64,000 nt of DNA from Eledone cirrhosa (Eukaryota), in NCBI GenBank assembly GCA_964016885.1, contig OZ024742.1, positions 189,286,001 through 189,350,000 on the forward strand. The letters are read 5' to 3'. The notes below the pieces were generated by a model, which had not been told where the DNA came from, searched no databases, and saw only the letters and a list, made by a program, of their open reading frames with translations. Positions 28,320-42,700 of this stretch are shown in pieces. Position 1 is the first letter of the stretch. Each line of letters starts with the position of its first letter. A program made the position numbers and the translations under genes.

Positions 28320-30075
28320 GTATAGTAATAGTTATAGATCTGGCAATGGCAGTATAATAATAGTTATAGATCTGACAGTGACGGTATAATAATAGTTATA
28401 GATCTGGCAGTGACGGTATAATATATAGTTATAGATCTGGCAATGACGGTATAGTAATAGTTATAGATCTGGCAATGGCAGTATAGTAATAGTTATAGAT
28501 CTGGCAATGACGGTATAGTAATAGTTATAGATCTGGCAGTGGTGGTATAGTAATAGTTATAGATCTGGCAGTGACGGTATAGTAATAGTTATAGATCTGG
28601 CAGTGACGGTATAGTAATAGTTATAGATCTGACAGTGACGGTATAGTAATAGTTATAGATCTGACAGTGGCGGTATAGTAATAGTTATAGATCTGACAGT
28701 GACGGTATAGTAATAGTTATAGATCTGACAGTGACGGTATAGTAATAGTTATAGATCTGACAGTGACGGTATAGTAATAGTTATAGATCTGACAGTGACG
28801 GTATAGTAATAGTTATAGATCTGACAGTGACGGTATAGTAATAGTTATAGATCTGACAATGACGGTATAGTAATAGTTATAGATCTGGTAATGGCGGTAT
28901 AGTAATAGTTATAGATCTGGTAATGGCGGTATAGTAATAGTTATAGATCTGGTAATGGCGGTATAGTAATAGTTATAGATCTGGTAATGGTGGTATAGTA
29001 ATAGTTATAGATCTGACAGTGGCAGTATAGTAATAGTTATAGATCTGACAGTGACGGTATAGTAATAGTTATAGATCTGACAGTGACGGTATAGTAATAG
29101 TTATAGATCTGACAGTGACGGTATAGTAATAGTTATAGATCTGACAGTGACGGTATAGTAATAGTTATAGATCTGACAGTGACGGTATAGTAATAGTTAT
29201 AGATCTGACAGTGGCAGTATAGTAATAGTTATAGATCTGACAGTGACGGTATAGTAATAGTTATAGATCTGACAGTGGCGGTATAGTAATAGTTATAGAT
29301 CTGACAGTGACGGTATAGTAATAGTTATAGATCTGGCAATGACGGTATAGTAATAGTTATAGATCTGACAGTGACGGTATAGTAATAGTTATAGATCTGA
29401 CAATGGCGGTATAGTAATAGTTATAGATCTGGTAATGGCGGTATAGTAATAGTTATAGATCTGGTAATGACGGTATAGTAATAGTTATAGATCTGACAGT
29501 GACGGTATAGTAATAGTTATAGATCTGACAATGGCGGTATAGTAATAGTTATAGATCTGACAATGGCGGTATAGTAATAGTTATAGATCTGGCAGTGACG
29601 GTATAGTAATAGTTATAGATCTGGTAATGGCGGTATAGTAATAGTTATAGATCTGACAGTGACGGTATAGTAATAGTTATAGATCTGGCAATGACGGTAT
29701 AGTAATAGTTATAGATCTGACAGTGACGGTATAGTAATAGTTATAGATCTGGCAATGACGGTATAGTAATAGTTATAGATCTGACAGTGACGGTATAGTA
29801 ATAGTTATAGATCTGACAGTGACGGTATAGTAATAGTTATAGATCTGACAATGGCGGTATAGTAATAGTTATAGATCTGGTAATGGCGGTATAGTAATAG
29901 TTATAGATCTGGTAATGACGGTATAGTAATAGTTATAGATCTGACAGTGACGGTATAGTAATAGTTATAGATCTGGTAATGGCGGTATAGTAATAGTTAT
30001 AGATCTGACAGTGGCAGTATAGTAATAGTTATAGATCTGGTAATGGCGGTATAGTAATAGTTATAGATCTGACAA
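28320..30075. repeat. 32-bp minisatellite, ~55 copies
   Basis: Unit gtatagtaatagttatagatctgacagtgacg. The first ~23 nt are almost invariant and the last 9 vary by substitution. Confidence 0.98.
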
Positions 30076-30179
30076 TTATAGTAGTAATATATCTGACAAT
30101 AACGGTAGTTTTAGTTCTGGTAATGACGTGATAGATCTGATAATAACAGAATGATAATGGTTCCTGATTTAGGCACAAG

Positions 30180-30270
<91 letters not shown>

Positions 30271-30331
30271 CTATCTCTCTCTCTCTCTATCTCTATCTCT
30301 CTCTCTCTCTATCTATCTCTCTCTCTATCTA

Positions 30332-30394
<63 letters not shown>

Positions 30395-31784
30395 TCGGAA
30401 TCGACAACGTAAAGTGGCCCATAAAACAGCATTCACATGCTCGGTCTAATAATCCTTTCTCCCCTCACACAGTAAGTAGACACGGGGTAAATAAACATGA
30501 TCATCTTCATTATCCGTTCATGTTTTCCATACTGACGTGAGTTGAATCGGTTTCACAACATCCCACTACACATCCAAGAGCCTTTAACATCTGGTGCACA
30601 CTCCAACAGGATAAAAGATCCCAGCCAACTCCACTGTTGTGTACGTCATTATTCTGGCATAATAGATGCAACATGGCGGAATGGTGAAGATGCTTGCAAT
30701 CATTAGGTAAAGCATTCAATTCCAGTGTATGTCATCTTTTGCGTCGACCCACGTCACATGATTGAAATTGGGTAAATGGAAACTGTTTAGAAGCTCATTG
30801 AATTGATTTTACCTGAATCTCCCTGAGAATTACGTTAATGGTATTGGTGTCTGTGGAATGCTCAGTCACGTATACGTCAATTTCATGACTTGGTTGTTTC
30901 GTTGATCAAACAACTAGAACAGTGATCGTCGAAACCGACGGAGGAATAGTTCAACCCACATTCCATGTTAGGTTTGTTAACTAAGACACGTAGACTTCAA
31001 TATTTCGTCCAGTGTTGGAAGATGAATACAAATTCACATCCGGTTATGACAAGCAGTTGTGGTGGACGACATAATAATCCTCCTCTCCTCTTCTCTTCCT
31101 CCTAATTCCCTTCATCATTGTGTCTCCTCCATTTATGTTTCCTGCTTAAACAAGTTTCCAACCTCCAGCAGATGATATGTCTAACATGTAGTAGTTATGT
31201 TTAATATTATTGATTGGAATAATCAAATTTGCCTAGCAACTTTATAATATCGATTGTGGTAATGTGGTTTGTTTCGAACCATTATCATTTATATTGATTT
31301 TTTGTATGTGTCGTGATGTTCCGAGTAGCTTTGTAGTGTTAATTGTTGGTTAGTATTGACATAGTAATATAACAAGGATATTATCCACGCTCCAATCCTG
31401 CTTTTAATTGACACCATGTCATCTTCCTACTTTGCTATGCATATTTCGTTTCGTTTCATTTTTTTTTTAAATCGTCGGTCGTCTGTTTGGCATGGTGAAG
31501 CGTCTGTTTGGCATTATGAAGCGTCTGTTTTTCGCGTTGTCGTCTGCTAACTAGCTAAATGCCGTTGTTATATTTAAATGTTTTGGTTCTTAAATTATCG
31601 TCTGCAAAATCAGCCAAATTGCGGTATTATGTTACATCGTTTGCTTCTTAAATTATCGTCTGCAAAACTGGTTATGTTTTGTGTTTTGATATTTAACAGA
31701 TGTCATAATTGTACAATTATTCGTTTCAGTAATTAGACTGCCACCATGCTGGAGCTTCGCCTGAAAGAGATTTAGTTATATATG

Positions 31785-31907
<123 letters not shown>

Positions 31908-32408
31908 GGTTACACAACAGTTAGTTCACCATACCGAGAACAATTGTTTCACCTTCGCGGATCTTCAGCTCGGGATGTGTATGGTTATAGGAACAGGAAG
32001 GACAACCGTACGAACGCGCACGCGCAGAAACTCGATCACTTCACACAGGCAATACTAGACTGCGTGCGGGGGGTGTAAGGGAGATAACTGCGAAAGTCCG
32101 GAAAGTTTTAGGGTTGAAAATAAAATAAAAAAAATTAAAATTAAGTTTACAAAGAATCACTCCGGAGCCTTGTAGTTATGCAATAGATGTTTGGTGACGT
32201 GTGGACAACGTGTGAAAAATTCACTCCTCGTGTTTAGGCAATCACTATTGCGTAATCTCTTTAGGATAGTTATTCGTTCGTCAATACATAGGCCACACGT
32301 CGGATTTCCCCTTGCGTATGGCTTGGACTTAGTGATGGCTTTCCATTGAATGGAGTACCATATACTTGAGTCCTTGAGGGACCATACGTGGCTCGCGAGT
32401 TTCGAAGC

Positions 32409-32805
32409 TTTCCCCCTTCAACAACAATGCAACACACCAGCTGTAATCTATGAAACTGTGGTCACTTCCAACCGACCAAACGAAACACAGGAGGGCCGAT
32501 TCAAGGAGCGGTTCCTGAACCACCAGTCTACCTTCAGATACCCGGACAGACGTTCATTCACGAAACTCACGAGCCACGTATGGTCCCTCAAGGACTCAAG
32601 TATAGGGTACTCCATTCAATGGAAAGCCATCACTAAGTCCAATCCATACGCAAGGGGAAATCCGACGTGTAGCTTATGTATTAACGATCGAATAACTATC
32701 CTAAAGAGATTACGCAATAGTGATTGCCTAAACAGGAGAAGTGAATTTTCCACACGTTGTCCACACGTCACCAAACATCTATTCCATAACTACAAGGCTG
32801 CGGAC
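32409..32805 (+). pseudogene. GIY-YIG endonuclease domain fragment of a Penelope-like element
   Basis: xPLQQQC..VIY..FKERFLNHQSTF..TKLTSHVWSLK..IQWKAI..PY..CSLC..ITIL..LNRRSEFSTRCPH matches the PLE endonuclease with a C-terminal CxxC..CxH extension. The YIG segment appears deleted. Confidence 0.85.
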
Positions 32806-32989
32806 TGTTTCTTTGTAATTTTAATTTTAATATTTTTATTTTATCTTCAATCAAAAACTTTCCGGATTTTTGCAGTTATCTCCCTTACACCTCCCGCACG
32901 CAGTCTAGTATTGTCTGTGTGAAGTGACCGGGTTTCTGTGCATGCGCGTTCGTACGGTTATCCTTCCTGTTCCTATAACCATACACATC

Positions 32990-33029
32990 CCGAGCTGAAG
33001 ATCCGCGAAGGTGAAACAATTGTTCTCGG
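32990..33029 (+). ncRNA. Minimal type I hammerhead ribozyme (mirror copy 31934-31973 on minus)
   Basis: ccgag-CTGAAGA-tccgcgaaggt-GAAAC-aatt-GTT-ctcgg. Perfect stem I and palindromic stem III aacaattgtt. Confidence 0.9.
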
Positions 33030-33101
33030 TATGGTGAACTAATTGTTGTGTAACCACTTCTACCTAACTCGTCCCTTGGACTGAGTGCTCTACCACTACG
33101 G

Positions 33102-33254
33102 ATATTACCTTCCAGTGTTCCACCACTGATGATTTCTAATGAATGAAACAGTTCTAGTCCTGTAGAATCTCATCTATATTAAAACTTTTATACTCTGCTA
33201 TGTATTGAGTACCTTACTTACTGTGGTTACCTCCGATTCAACCCGGAATAACGT
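33102..33254 (+). mobile_element. Second PLE-like 3' end abutting the Naiad-like tail
   Basis: Has a CTGATGA-tttctaatgaat-GAAAC core at 33127. From ~33143 it is almost identical to 63856-63966. Followed by (TA)n. Confidence 0.7.
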
Positions 33255-33286
33255 GTATATATATATATATATATGCTGTTATATAT

Positions 33287-33344
<58 letters not shown>

Positions 33345-33566
33345 TGTTATATATACACATATATATATATGCTGTTGAAATGTTGGGTAAATATTCTATT
33401 GCGGTCGGCCGCGAAGAGGCTGGTGTCGTTTATTTATCAAATATTTCTTCATGGGAGCCTTTATTCTTATAGCCTGGTCTAATTGATTTTTTATGTGGTT
33501 AATTATGCTAATTGGGAGATGAAATGGTGTATATATTTTATCAAATGATTCTATGGACATAATTTA

Positions 33567-33622
<56 letters not shown>

Positions 33623-33645
33623 GGGGGGGGTATATATATATATAT

Positions 33646-34280
33646 CGTTTCTGAATTTGTTTACCAAGATTCTTTATCTGAAAACGTGTGTTGAAACCGA
33701 TATTGTTATACTTTGGGAGGGTCATGTTGCCAATAAGAAACACACGCACCAGTTGTTCCACTCCAATTTATTATAAATACACACAGAAAAGACGCAATGT
33801 TTAGACAAATCATAGAGGTAATAAACATAAATGAACTCCAACCAAAATTAAATAGAAAACATGAATGGAATAGCAACATCACAACTTACAATTAAAGACA
33901 AAATGAAAACACACACACATAGAACAAACAACCAACCAGTAACATGTAAATAAGCAAATAAATAAACACACACAGACACCCGGATGTAAAACATGCGCAA
34001 ACTAAGCCCACAACACACACAAAAACAAGATGGCGTAGGACAGAACAAAGGAGAGGCACAAAACAAAGAAAAGAATCCCCAGTCACTGAAGAGGTCACAT
34101 AACATGTGACGAAAGAACTTTGACAATATATGAACAACCGTCCGGTTGTGGAACCAACCAACCAACCGAAAATTTATGAATTTTTTTAAATGTATAATTT
34201 AATTTATAATAAATTGGAGTGAAAGCAGTTGGTGCGTGTGTTTCTTATTTGCAACATGACCCCCCAAAGTATAACAATAT
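33646..34280. mobile_element. PLE-like element with inverted ends, one-sided tail and hammerhead
   Basis: 33700-33778 is inverted at 34201-34280, tail is 33646-33699, flanks are (TA)n. Confidence 0.8.
34082..34124 (+). ncRNA. Minimal type I hammerhead ribozyme
   Basis: gtca-CTGAAGA-g-gtcacat-aac-atgtgac-GAAAG-aa-CTT-tgac. A decayed homologue lies at 56101-56143. Confidence 0.8.
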
Positions 34281-35807
34281 ATATATATATATATATTTAC
34301 ATATATATAACGTCTGTGTGTGTTTACATTCCGTAACTTAACAATTCGGCAAAAAGATATATACATATAATTCACGTGGTTTCCGTCTACTATCTTTCAA
34401 TCACAAGTTTGCATTAGTAGGCACTTACCCAAGATGGCAGCCAGAAAGTACGAATGAGCCAAGATCCACGCGGTTCCGTTGCGAACTCCTTAACCACTAT
34501 TTAAGTGTCTTATTATAAGCAATACTGAACTGTTTATTGTCCCGTTTTGTCATCACAAGTAATGTACCTAGCATTATTGTGTTATCGATTTTCTTAGCTT
34601 GCCTTGCGTGCTCAATCCATTTAGTTTCCTGCATCAAAGTGTGAACTTCAAGTTAAAAAAATCTATCATTTGTTTATCAGATAATATTGATTTCTAATTT
34701 AGTCACAATGCTAACAATTTGAGGGGAGGGAAAGTCGATTAACTCGACTCCAGTACATGACGGGTAATTTATTACATCGACCCTGAAGGATGAAAGTAAA
34801 GTTGAGCTTGGTGGTATTTGAACACAGATGGTAACGGGGCATACTACATGCTGCAAAGCATTTTGTTCGAATATTGGGCGTCTATTCATTTTAACTTCTA
34901 GAACATTATGTCGACATGAACCTTATATTCTTCTTCTTAGTTTTGTTATAACATAATTCTCTGTTGAAGGCTGCAAATTCACAGAATCGTTAAAACGTCC
35001 GAGAGATTGCTTTGCGTAATTCGTTTCAGCTCTTTGAGCTTTAAGTTCAAAAACTATCGGGGTCAACTTTAGCTTTCATCCTTTCGAGGTCGATAAAACA
35101 GTGCAATCCCAGTACTGGAGTCGATCCTTCATCTATATCTCTTTTTCGCTTCCTCTCTAATGCTCTCTCTTTCTTTCTCTCTTTCCCTCTCTCCCATTTT
35201 GAACCTCCCGCCACTCTTTCTGGACGAAATCGCTTGTATTCAGAAATTGAGAGGAGATGGGCTTTGTCAGATATAAAATATCCTGTCCAGGGGAAAGTCT
35301 TGTACTGTTAATCGCTTCACGCAACGAAAACCGGGATAAGCACCGGCCTAATGAGCCTCGGGTCTCGAGACAGATTTTAGACTTTTAGGAAAGTCGATTA
35401 AATCAACCCCAGTACTTGATCGGTACTTTATTTTTTATCAATCCCGGAAGGATAAAAGACAAAACTACCTGCGGCGGGATTTGAACTTAGAGTGTTATGG
35501 CCATGACTAAATGCTCAAAGTATTTCGTCCGACGCTCTTATGATTTTGGCAATCCATCACCCTCACGTCAACTAATAATTATAATAATAATGGGTTTTGA
35601 TTTGGGCACAAGGTGGAAGGCACATTTAGAGGAAGGAAAATGTCGATTGAATTGACCCCAGTGCGTGACTGGGACTTTATTTTAACGACACCGTAAAGAT
35701 GAAAGGCAAAGCTAACCTCGGCGAGATTTGAACTCAGTGATGTGTTTCGACTAATTTAGGTTTATTGTATTTTGTTGTTGGGTGGGGTTGTATAAGTCTA
35801 AGTCAAA

Positions 35808-37330
35808 AGTCTGTTTCAAGCCAGAAGGCTCGTTAGGCCGTGCTTATCCTGGTTTCGTGGCTTTAAGTGACTGAGAGAACAAAACTCCCCGCTGGACAGG
35901 GTGCCAGTCTATCGCAGCGTTAACCCGCCAGATATTGCTGGTACTCATTTTCAGCTGAGCAACGTGAAATGAAGTGTTTTGCTCAAGAACACAACACAGG
36001 AGTTGAACCCATGACATTATGATCGTAAGTCCAACACCTTTACCACTGGGTCACGCGCCTCCACAGTATTAGGGAAATTATATATAGAGTAAAGAAAAGT
36101 TATTTTAAATATTCCACGTTCTTCACTAAAAGTAATGAAACAAAATCCATCTGATGTGTAAAATGATTCGTCCCGTTATAAATTTATCCGTCTCTGATGG
36201 AATTAATTTTCAACCTAACTGAATCAATGAACGAACATCAAAAGGCTAGTTTGTTTGTTGTCCGACAGTGAGTTTTGGGTTACATGTGTGTTTTAGTGTG
36301 GTTTTGTAAGTGATTTTTTTTTAAATGTTATTATTTAATTTGTTATTGTTTAGTTATAGACGTTTCAAGTTCGTTTCTCTATGTTGGCCTGCATTGGATG
36401 AAGCCCAGAATTTATCCCGGTTTAATCGAGACCAAGTGACTGAGAGTACACGATCCTTCCCTGGTTAAACCAATCTATCTGTTGCTGGTGCTAGTGGGAC
36501 TCATTCTAAGTTGAGTGAAAGGGAACCTGTCTAAAGCACACAAGACGTCCCCCACTTTGAGAATCGAACCGATGACGTTATGATTGGGTGCCCAGCATCC
36601 TAACCACTAAGTCACGTACTTTGACACAAGCAACAACAAAAATTAATGTTATAAAACGTACAAATTCCACGCCCTTCACTAAAAGTAATGGAACACAAAT
36701 CCATCTAATGTGTAAAATTATTTGTCCTGTTATAAATTTATCCATCTCTGATGGAATTAATTTTCAACTTGACTGAACCAATGAACAAGCATCAAAAGGA
36801 CAGTTCGTTGTCTGAGTTTAGAGTTTGGGTTTTTATTATGAGGTTGTGAGTTTTTGAAACTTTTACTTCTTTTATTTACATACATTTATCGTTTTTACGT
36901 GCGTTTTTTTTTTATGCGTTGCACTGGTTGAATGAAGAACAAATTTTATTTCGCTTTTATAAGCGTTAAGCGACATAGAGTACAAAAAGCTCATCTCTTG
37001 AGAGGACACCCTTTTGTCACAGGGTTAACTCTAAGCTGCGGCTAGTCCTTATTTTACAGTTGAGTGAACTGAACTGGAACAATGAGAAATAAACTGCCTT
37101 GCTCGAGGGACGCACCACGACATCCGATCTGAAAACCGAACTTTGACATTATGATCCTGAGCTCAACAAGCTAACCAGTAGGCCATGCACCTTCAAAAAG
37201 AATAAAGTAAATAGTTATAAAATCCATGTGTAAAATAATCTGTCCCATTATAAATTAATTTTCAGCCTAACTGAATCAATGAACCAACATCAAAGGAATA
37301 GTTTTGTCTGAAAGTGAGTTTTTGGTTGTT
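35808..37330. repeat. Old tandem triplication of [minus CORE-SINE + ~170-bp flank]
   Basis: The flank aatccat..tgtgtaaaat..aattaattttcaacctaactgaatcaatgaac..catcaaa recurs at ~36110-36280, 36660-36830 and 37220-37325, each after a SINE. Confidence 0.75.
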
Positions 37331-37557
37331 TGTTTTGTGGTGGTTTCGTGAGGGTTTTTTTAATTTACTATTATGTGTTTTGTTATTGTTTAGGTATGGG
37401 TGGGGAATTAGCTGAGTCGTTAGAGGTATTGAATACAATGGTTCGGAATATTTCTTCTGGTTCTTCGTGCTTAGGTTTCAAATGCCACCGAAACCAACTT
37501 TGTCTTTCACCCTTTCGGTGTCGATGGATAGAGAACCAGTCAAGTATTGTGGATCAA

Positions 37558-37813
37558 TTCTTCTTCTTCTTCTCCTCCTCCTCCTCCTCCTCCTCCTTCT
37601 TCTTCTTCTTCTTCTTCTCCTTCTCCTCCTTCTCCTCCTTCTTCTCCTTCTCCTTCTCCTTCTCCTCCTTCTCCCCCTTCTCCTCCTTCTCCTTCTCTTT
37701 CTTCTCTTTCTTCTCCTTCTTCTCCTTCTCCTCCTTCTTCTACTTCTACTTCTCCTCCTTCTCCTTCTCCTCCTTCTTCTCCCCCCTCCTCATCCTCCTC
37801 CTCCTCCTCCTTC
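37558..37813. repeat. (CTT/CTC)n pyrimidine tract
   Basis: Mixed trinucleotide repeat directly after a SINE core (37397-37558). Confidence 0.95.
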
Positions 37814-38532
37814 TATAAAACCATTTCCAATGAGCAATATTCCACAACGGAAAGATATATGAAGATTTGAATAGTTATGTCATGGTTAGGGATGAGGTTT
37901 CAGTTAAATCAAAATCGGTTTTCCATATTTATTGCACTAAAATTCATTGGAATCTCCTCGACACAAAACACCCTCTTTCTCAAAAGCTTTGGTTCTGATA
38001 TCGCGGACATTTTTTTCTATTCATGTAGCGGATATGCTTATTAGTTGTAACACTTACCTCTCTTGTTTACTTGACCTGCTAATGTACCTTTCGAGCCGTT
38101 CAACGCCTCCACAAGTGCTGTAGCCTTTATTTTGAGAATCACGGCTCTAAATAAAGAACAATGCCATCTCTGTGATATATATAAAAAGCTGTTATAGTCA
38201 TTACTACAATAGTTTTGATGAAATATCTGCTAGGATTAAACAATCAAAATAACAACAACAATCAGACCATCACGATTGTATTGTTTTTTTTTGTTTTTTT
38301 CAATCACGAATGAATCTGATATTTTACATCTAACATATAACGTTTTAGAACAAAAGAGCGTGCTAGTCAGGGCCGTTTATTTACCAGTCTGTTGATTCAG
38401 AAACTATATAAATCTATATACATAAACTCACACATATACACACACACATTTACATACACCCACACACACCCACACACACACACACACACATATATATATA
38501 CATATGTATATATATATATAAATAAATATATG

Positions 38533-38733
<201 letters not shown>

Positions 38734-39155
38734 ACTGTAAATACAGTTTCAATTCAATTGATTATTTATTCTGATAATGTTCTGTGTTTATTTAGTTAGT
38801 ATGGCCTGAAACTATAAAGAGTTTGATGATGTAGAGAGCTTGGAAATATATAAAACTAGGTTGGAAGGACAGACTTCGATCTATGATGGTGACATAGATA
38901 AGTCCTTCTCTTTCACACACACACTCTTTCTCTCTCTCGTTTCTTCCCTGTCACTCTCATTCCTTCTTTCTCGTTCCTTCTCCGTCACCAGTTACCTTTT
39001 CCCCATATCCGTCACTCTCCTCTCTTTCTATTGCTCTCTCTCTCTCTCTCTCTCTCTCTTTGCTTACTCTATTTTCCACTCACCCTCACTCTCCTTCCCT
39101 GTCTCTGTCGTTCCACCTCTCTGTCTCTCTACCCTCTCCGTTTTCATCTACATTT

Positions 39156-39235
<80 letters not shown>

Positions 39236-40253
39236 CTTTCCTCATTCACTAAAAAAAAAGGATTCTGTACATTCCAAAACCAGATAAATGTATTACAGCG
39301 GAAAAAATACACGCACACACACACATATATACACGTACGCACAAACACAAACACTAACACAAACACAAACACACAAATACACGCACTGGTGGTGTCCTCA
39401 TACATACAATTACATACATACATACATACTTACATATATACATACATACACAGATACATACATACATACATACATACATACATACATACATACATACATA
39501 CATGCATGCATGCATACATACGTACATACGTACGTACATACATACATACATACACAAACAGGTGCCCTGCACGCGTATACATGTACGCACAAACACAAAC
39601 GCACACATAAACACACACGCAGGTGGCGCCCCCATGCAAACTCATACATACACAAACGCACACACACACATATATACACACACACACAGAGAGAGGCGCC
39701 CCTATACACATACACAGAAACACACAAACGCACAAACAGGTGCACCCACCACCACAAACACGCGCACGTACGCTCCCATACACACACAGAAACCAACACA
39801 AATGCACAAACAGGCGCTACCACCACCACCACCACACACCACAATGACACACTCTCTCAAACATACAATCAGGAACAATACCCACCCATCCAATACCCGA
39901 ACAATTCCCGGGCTGGGTTGGAACTGGGTGGAATTAAAAACACGCAAAGGGTTAGTCTTTGAAGCTGGTGGAATTTCTCTGTGAATCTACCGATCGATAA
40001 TAGAATAGAATGAGCCGTCATCGGTTTCGAACGATGAGTGGTCCAGTTGTTTGACTAGCACAGAGATTCTCAAAGTGTGTGCTACTGCTTCCCGGGGAGG
40101 CGAGCGGTGATAAGATCCAAGGGGTGCTGAGGCCTATGGGGGTTGGGATATGATAAAATAGTATACTACATATCAAATGATATATATAATATATAAATAT
40201 AGTAAAATAAAAAATATATGATGTTCATTTATACACAGTATATATTACATTAA

Positions 40254-40541
40254 TTGGCAGTATCGGTAGAGGGTCGGACGCCATGCTTTACGGCCCTTGC
40301 CATTCTGAGTTCAAATTCCGCCGAAGTTAACTTTGCCTTTCATCCTTACGGGGTCGATAAAATAAAGTACCAGTAATACACTGGGGTAATTGCTGGCCTT
40401 GTGCCAAAAAGTAGAAACAATTATTTATTATATATAAATTAACTTTGGCTTTCATCCTTACGGGGTCGATACAATAAATTACCAGTAATGCACTGGGGTA
40501 AGTGCTGGCCTTGTGCCAAAAGTAGAAACAATTATTTATTA
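40254..40541 (+). mobile_element. Meta-like SINE with tandem duplication of its 3' half
   Basis: 40327-40430 is repeated at 40439-40541. Confidence 0.85.
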
Positions 40542-41363
40542 CTAGCAGTGGTACCCGGCGTTTCACGGGATAAGGTATTTTGGAACGCGGGCCGCCAACA
40601 GACCCAATCGTGGAAAAAAACTGCATGCCTGGACAATATGTAAAGAAAATAAACCGAATACTCTGATGGCTGGATAATCTTTTCCTCGATGAAGCAGGAA
40701 AAATGCAGGTTTTCACCTAATTTAGGGGATCAAGAAAATCAATTTTTTTTATGTGCATAATATGCTTTGAAATTTCGGGAAAATCGGCTAGACGTAACGC
40801 CTCCAAAAAGCCCTAAAAAGTTGAAAAAATGAAGTTGGATTTTCTTTGCTCACGGTATGAAGAAGAGATTGACTAATACATAGTAACAATTTCAAGGAAA
40901 TCGGTCTGACGTAACGCCTCAAAAAAAAACCTAAAAAGCTTAAAAAACGCAGTTTTTCTCCTAATAATTTATGTGCATATCACTCCCTGAAACATAAGTA
41001 ATACACATGTAAAATTTGAAAAAAATCGGTTGGGTACTTCTCGAGTTTTAGGGATTCAAACTCATAGACACACACACACACACAGACATCCTCAGGGAAG
41101 TGACGTAATGAAGACAGTCAGACATACAGACATATATTATAAGGGCGCGACGTTATATGTATGTATCTATCTAAAACGAGAAAGACTAAGAATTATAGAG
41201 AGAGATCGCTAAATCGCCTAATGCGGTCCCCTAGGGCATTGAAAATTTGAAATTTTTTAAGTATTACATGTGTAAAGTTTGAAAACAGTCGGTTGCGTGG
41301 TTCTCGAGTTTTAGGGATTCAAACTCACACACACACAGACATCCTCTGTTTTATATATATAGA
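40542..41363 (-). mobile_element. Non-autonomous Helitron
   Basis: On the minus strand it starts TCTATATATATAAAA and ends cccgtgaaacgccggg..CTAG. It is inserted at A|T, and the empty site attatttatta|tatataaattaac is visible at 40420-40443. Confidence 0.88.
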
Positions 41364-41377
41364 TATATAAATTAACG

Positions 41378-41562
41378 ATTCTGGCAGTATCGGTGGAGGG
41401 TCGGACGCCACGCTTTTCAGCATAGAGTTACGTCCCTTTACGGTCTGAGTTCAAATCCCGTCGAGGTTAACTTTGCCTTTCAACCTTACGGGATTGATAG
41501 AATAAAGTACCAGTAATATACTAGGGAAATTTTGGCCTTGTGCCAAAAGTAGAAACAATTAT
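41378..41562 (+). mobile_element. Meta-like SINE
   Basis: Head, B box, core and 3' end are all present. Confidence 0.85.
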
Positions 41563-42011
41563 TTACAATTTGCGCGTAGGCAGGCCTCTCTGGAAATATG
41601 AGTGGGGGCGCTGAGGCTATTATGGGGCCATTGCGAGGGGGCAAAAAGTTTGAGAACCTCTGGTCTAGGAGAACAGCCAGCTCTTGATATTAACGTGTAA
41701 ATTTCTGTGCGTTCCACAGGCAACGTGTGCTCTAAATATTGGTCTCAGGGAGATTCAGCATGACAAATTATACAAGGCTGGACTTTCGAATTACAGGTAA
41801 AGCTGTTTTTCAGCTGTGTGGAATGAAGTAACGTGAAATAGAGTGTCTTGCTCAAGGACACAATGCAACGAGTGTTTCATCAATGGAAGAGATTGTACAT
41901 GAAAGTAACGTACTAGTGACTGAGCATTCTACGAACAAGTGTCCACTTAACATAGTTTTCAGTGTGGGTGTGTGTGTGTGTATGTGTGTATATATGTATG
42001 TATGTATGTAT

Positions 42012-42700
42012 GCACTTGTCGTCACATGGTACCATGGGCCCAGCACTATGTATCAGTAATTGTCACAAGTGTAGTGTTTGTACCAGAGTTTTCAAGTCGC
42101 TTGCTGGACTAAAAAGTCACACTCGTTCAGCGCATCGGTAGGGGTTCTCCTACATGGATATAAAGTAGTGGCCGTACTCGAAAACGAGTTGGCAGCCACC
42201 ATGTATGTACGTATGTATGTATGCCTGTATGTTTGTATGTGTGTATGTATATCAAAGGGCAAAGGAGCTCTTAAGAGTCAATGGCCATCCAAAATCACCG
42301 GGAGAGATTACCCCTTAGCCTTTGTCAAGGCAGAATTCTAGGAGAAGGAAAACTCTGATACAACACCTGCAACCCTGATGGTATCCAATGATGTTGACTT
42401 GTTCTTCTTTTTGGTAAATATCATCTTGGTTAAGAGAGTGGGACTGGCTTTGTGCAGTGCCTTTGCTCACTATAAAAGCTTCACGGCACAGGCATTGCTT
42501 TGTATCTGGAGATCTCTCTGCACTTGTCGTCACATGGTACCATGGGCCCAGCACTATATGTCAATAATTGTCACAATTTGTACCAGAGTTTTCAAGTCGC
42601 TGGCTGGACTAAAAAGTCACACTCGTTCAGCGCATCGGTTGGGGTTCTCCTACATGGATATAAAGTAGTGCCCGTACTCGAAAACGAGTTGGCAGCCACC
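42012..42700 (+). mobile_element. Two stacked 5'-truncated copies of the RTE-derived element (42012-42200, 42251-42700)
   Basis: Both match the 3' parts of 6848-7441. Both end ggcagccacc and sit in (TATG)n. Confidence 0.85.

Noticed and set aside
28320-30075. CRISPR-like constant repeat with variable spacer
   Set aside because: The variable part is only ~9 nt and differs by point substitutions. There are no unique spacers or cas genes, and the context is eukaryotic.
32350-32922. 190-aa ORF as an intact gene
   Set aside because: Its first ~18 codons come from the inverted arm, the YIG motif is missing, and the frame runs on into probable 3' UTR.
32409-32990. Selenocysteine codons or SECIS, as reported for some Naiad PLEs
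   Set aside because: The conserved cysteines visible here use TGT/TGC, there is no in-frame TGA at those sites, and I see no RUGA..AA..GA SECIS fold in the 3' region.
38818-38858. Weak hammerhead-like strings here and at 13015-13050, 22230-22240, 52620-52660 and 56270-56312
   Set aside because: Cores are incomplete or stems do not pair. They may be decayed copies but cannot be supported individually.
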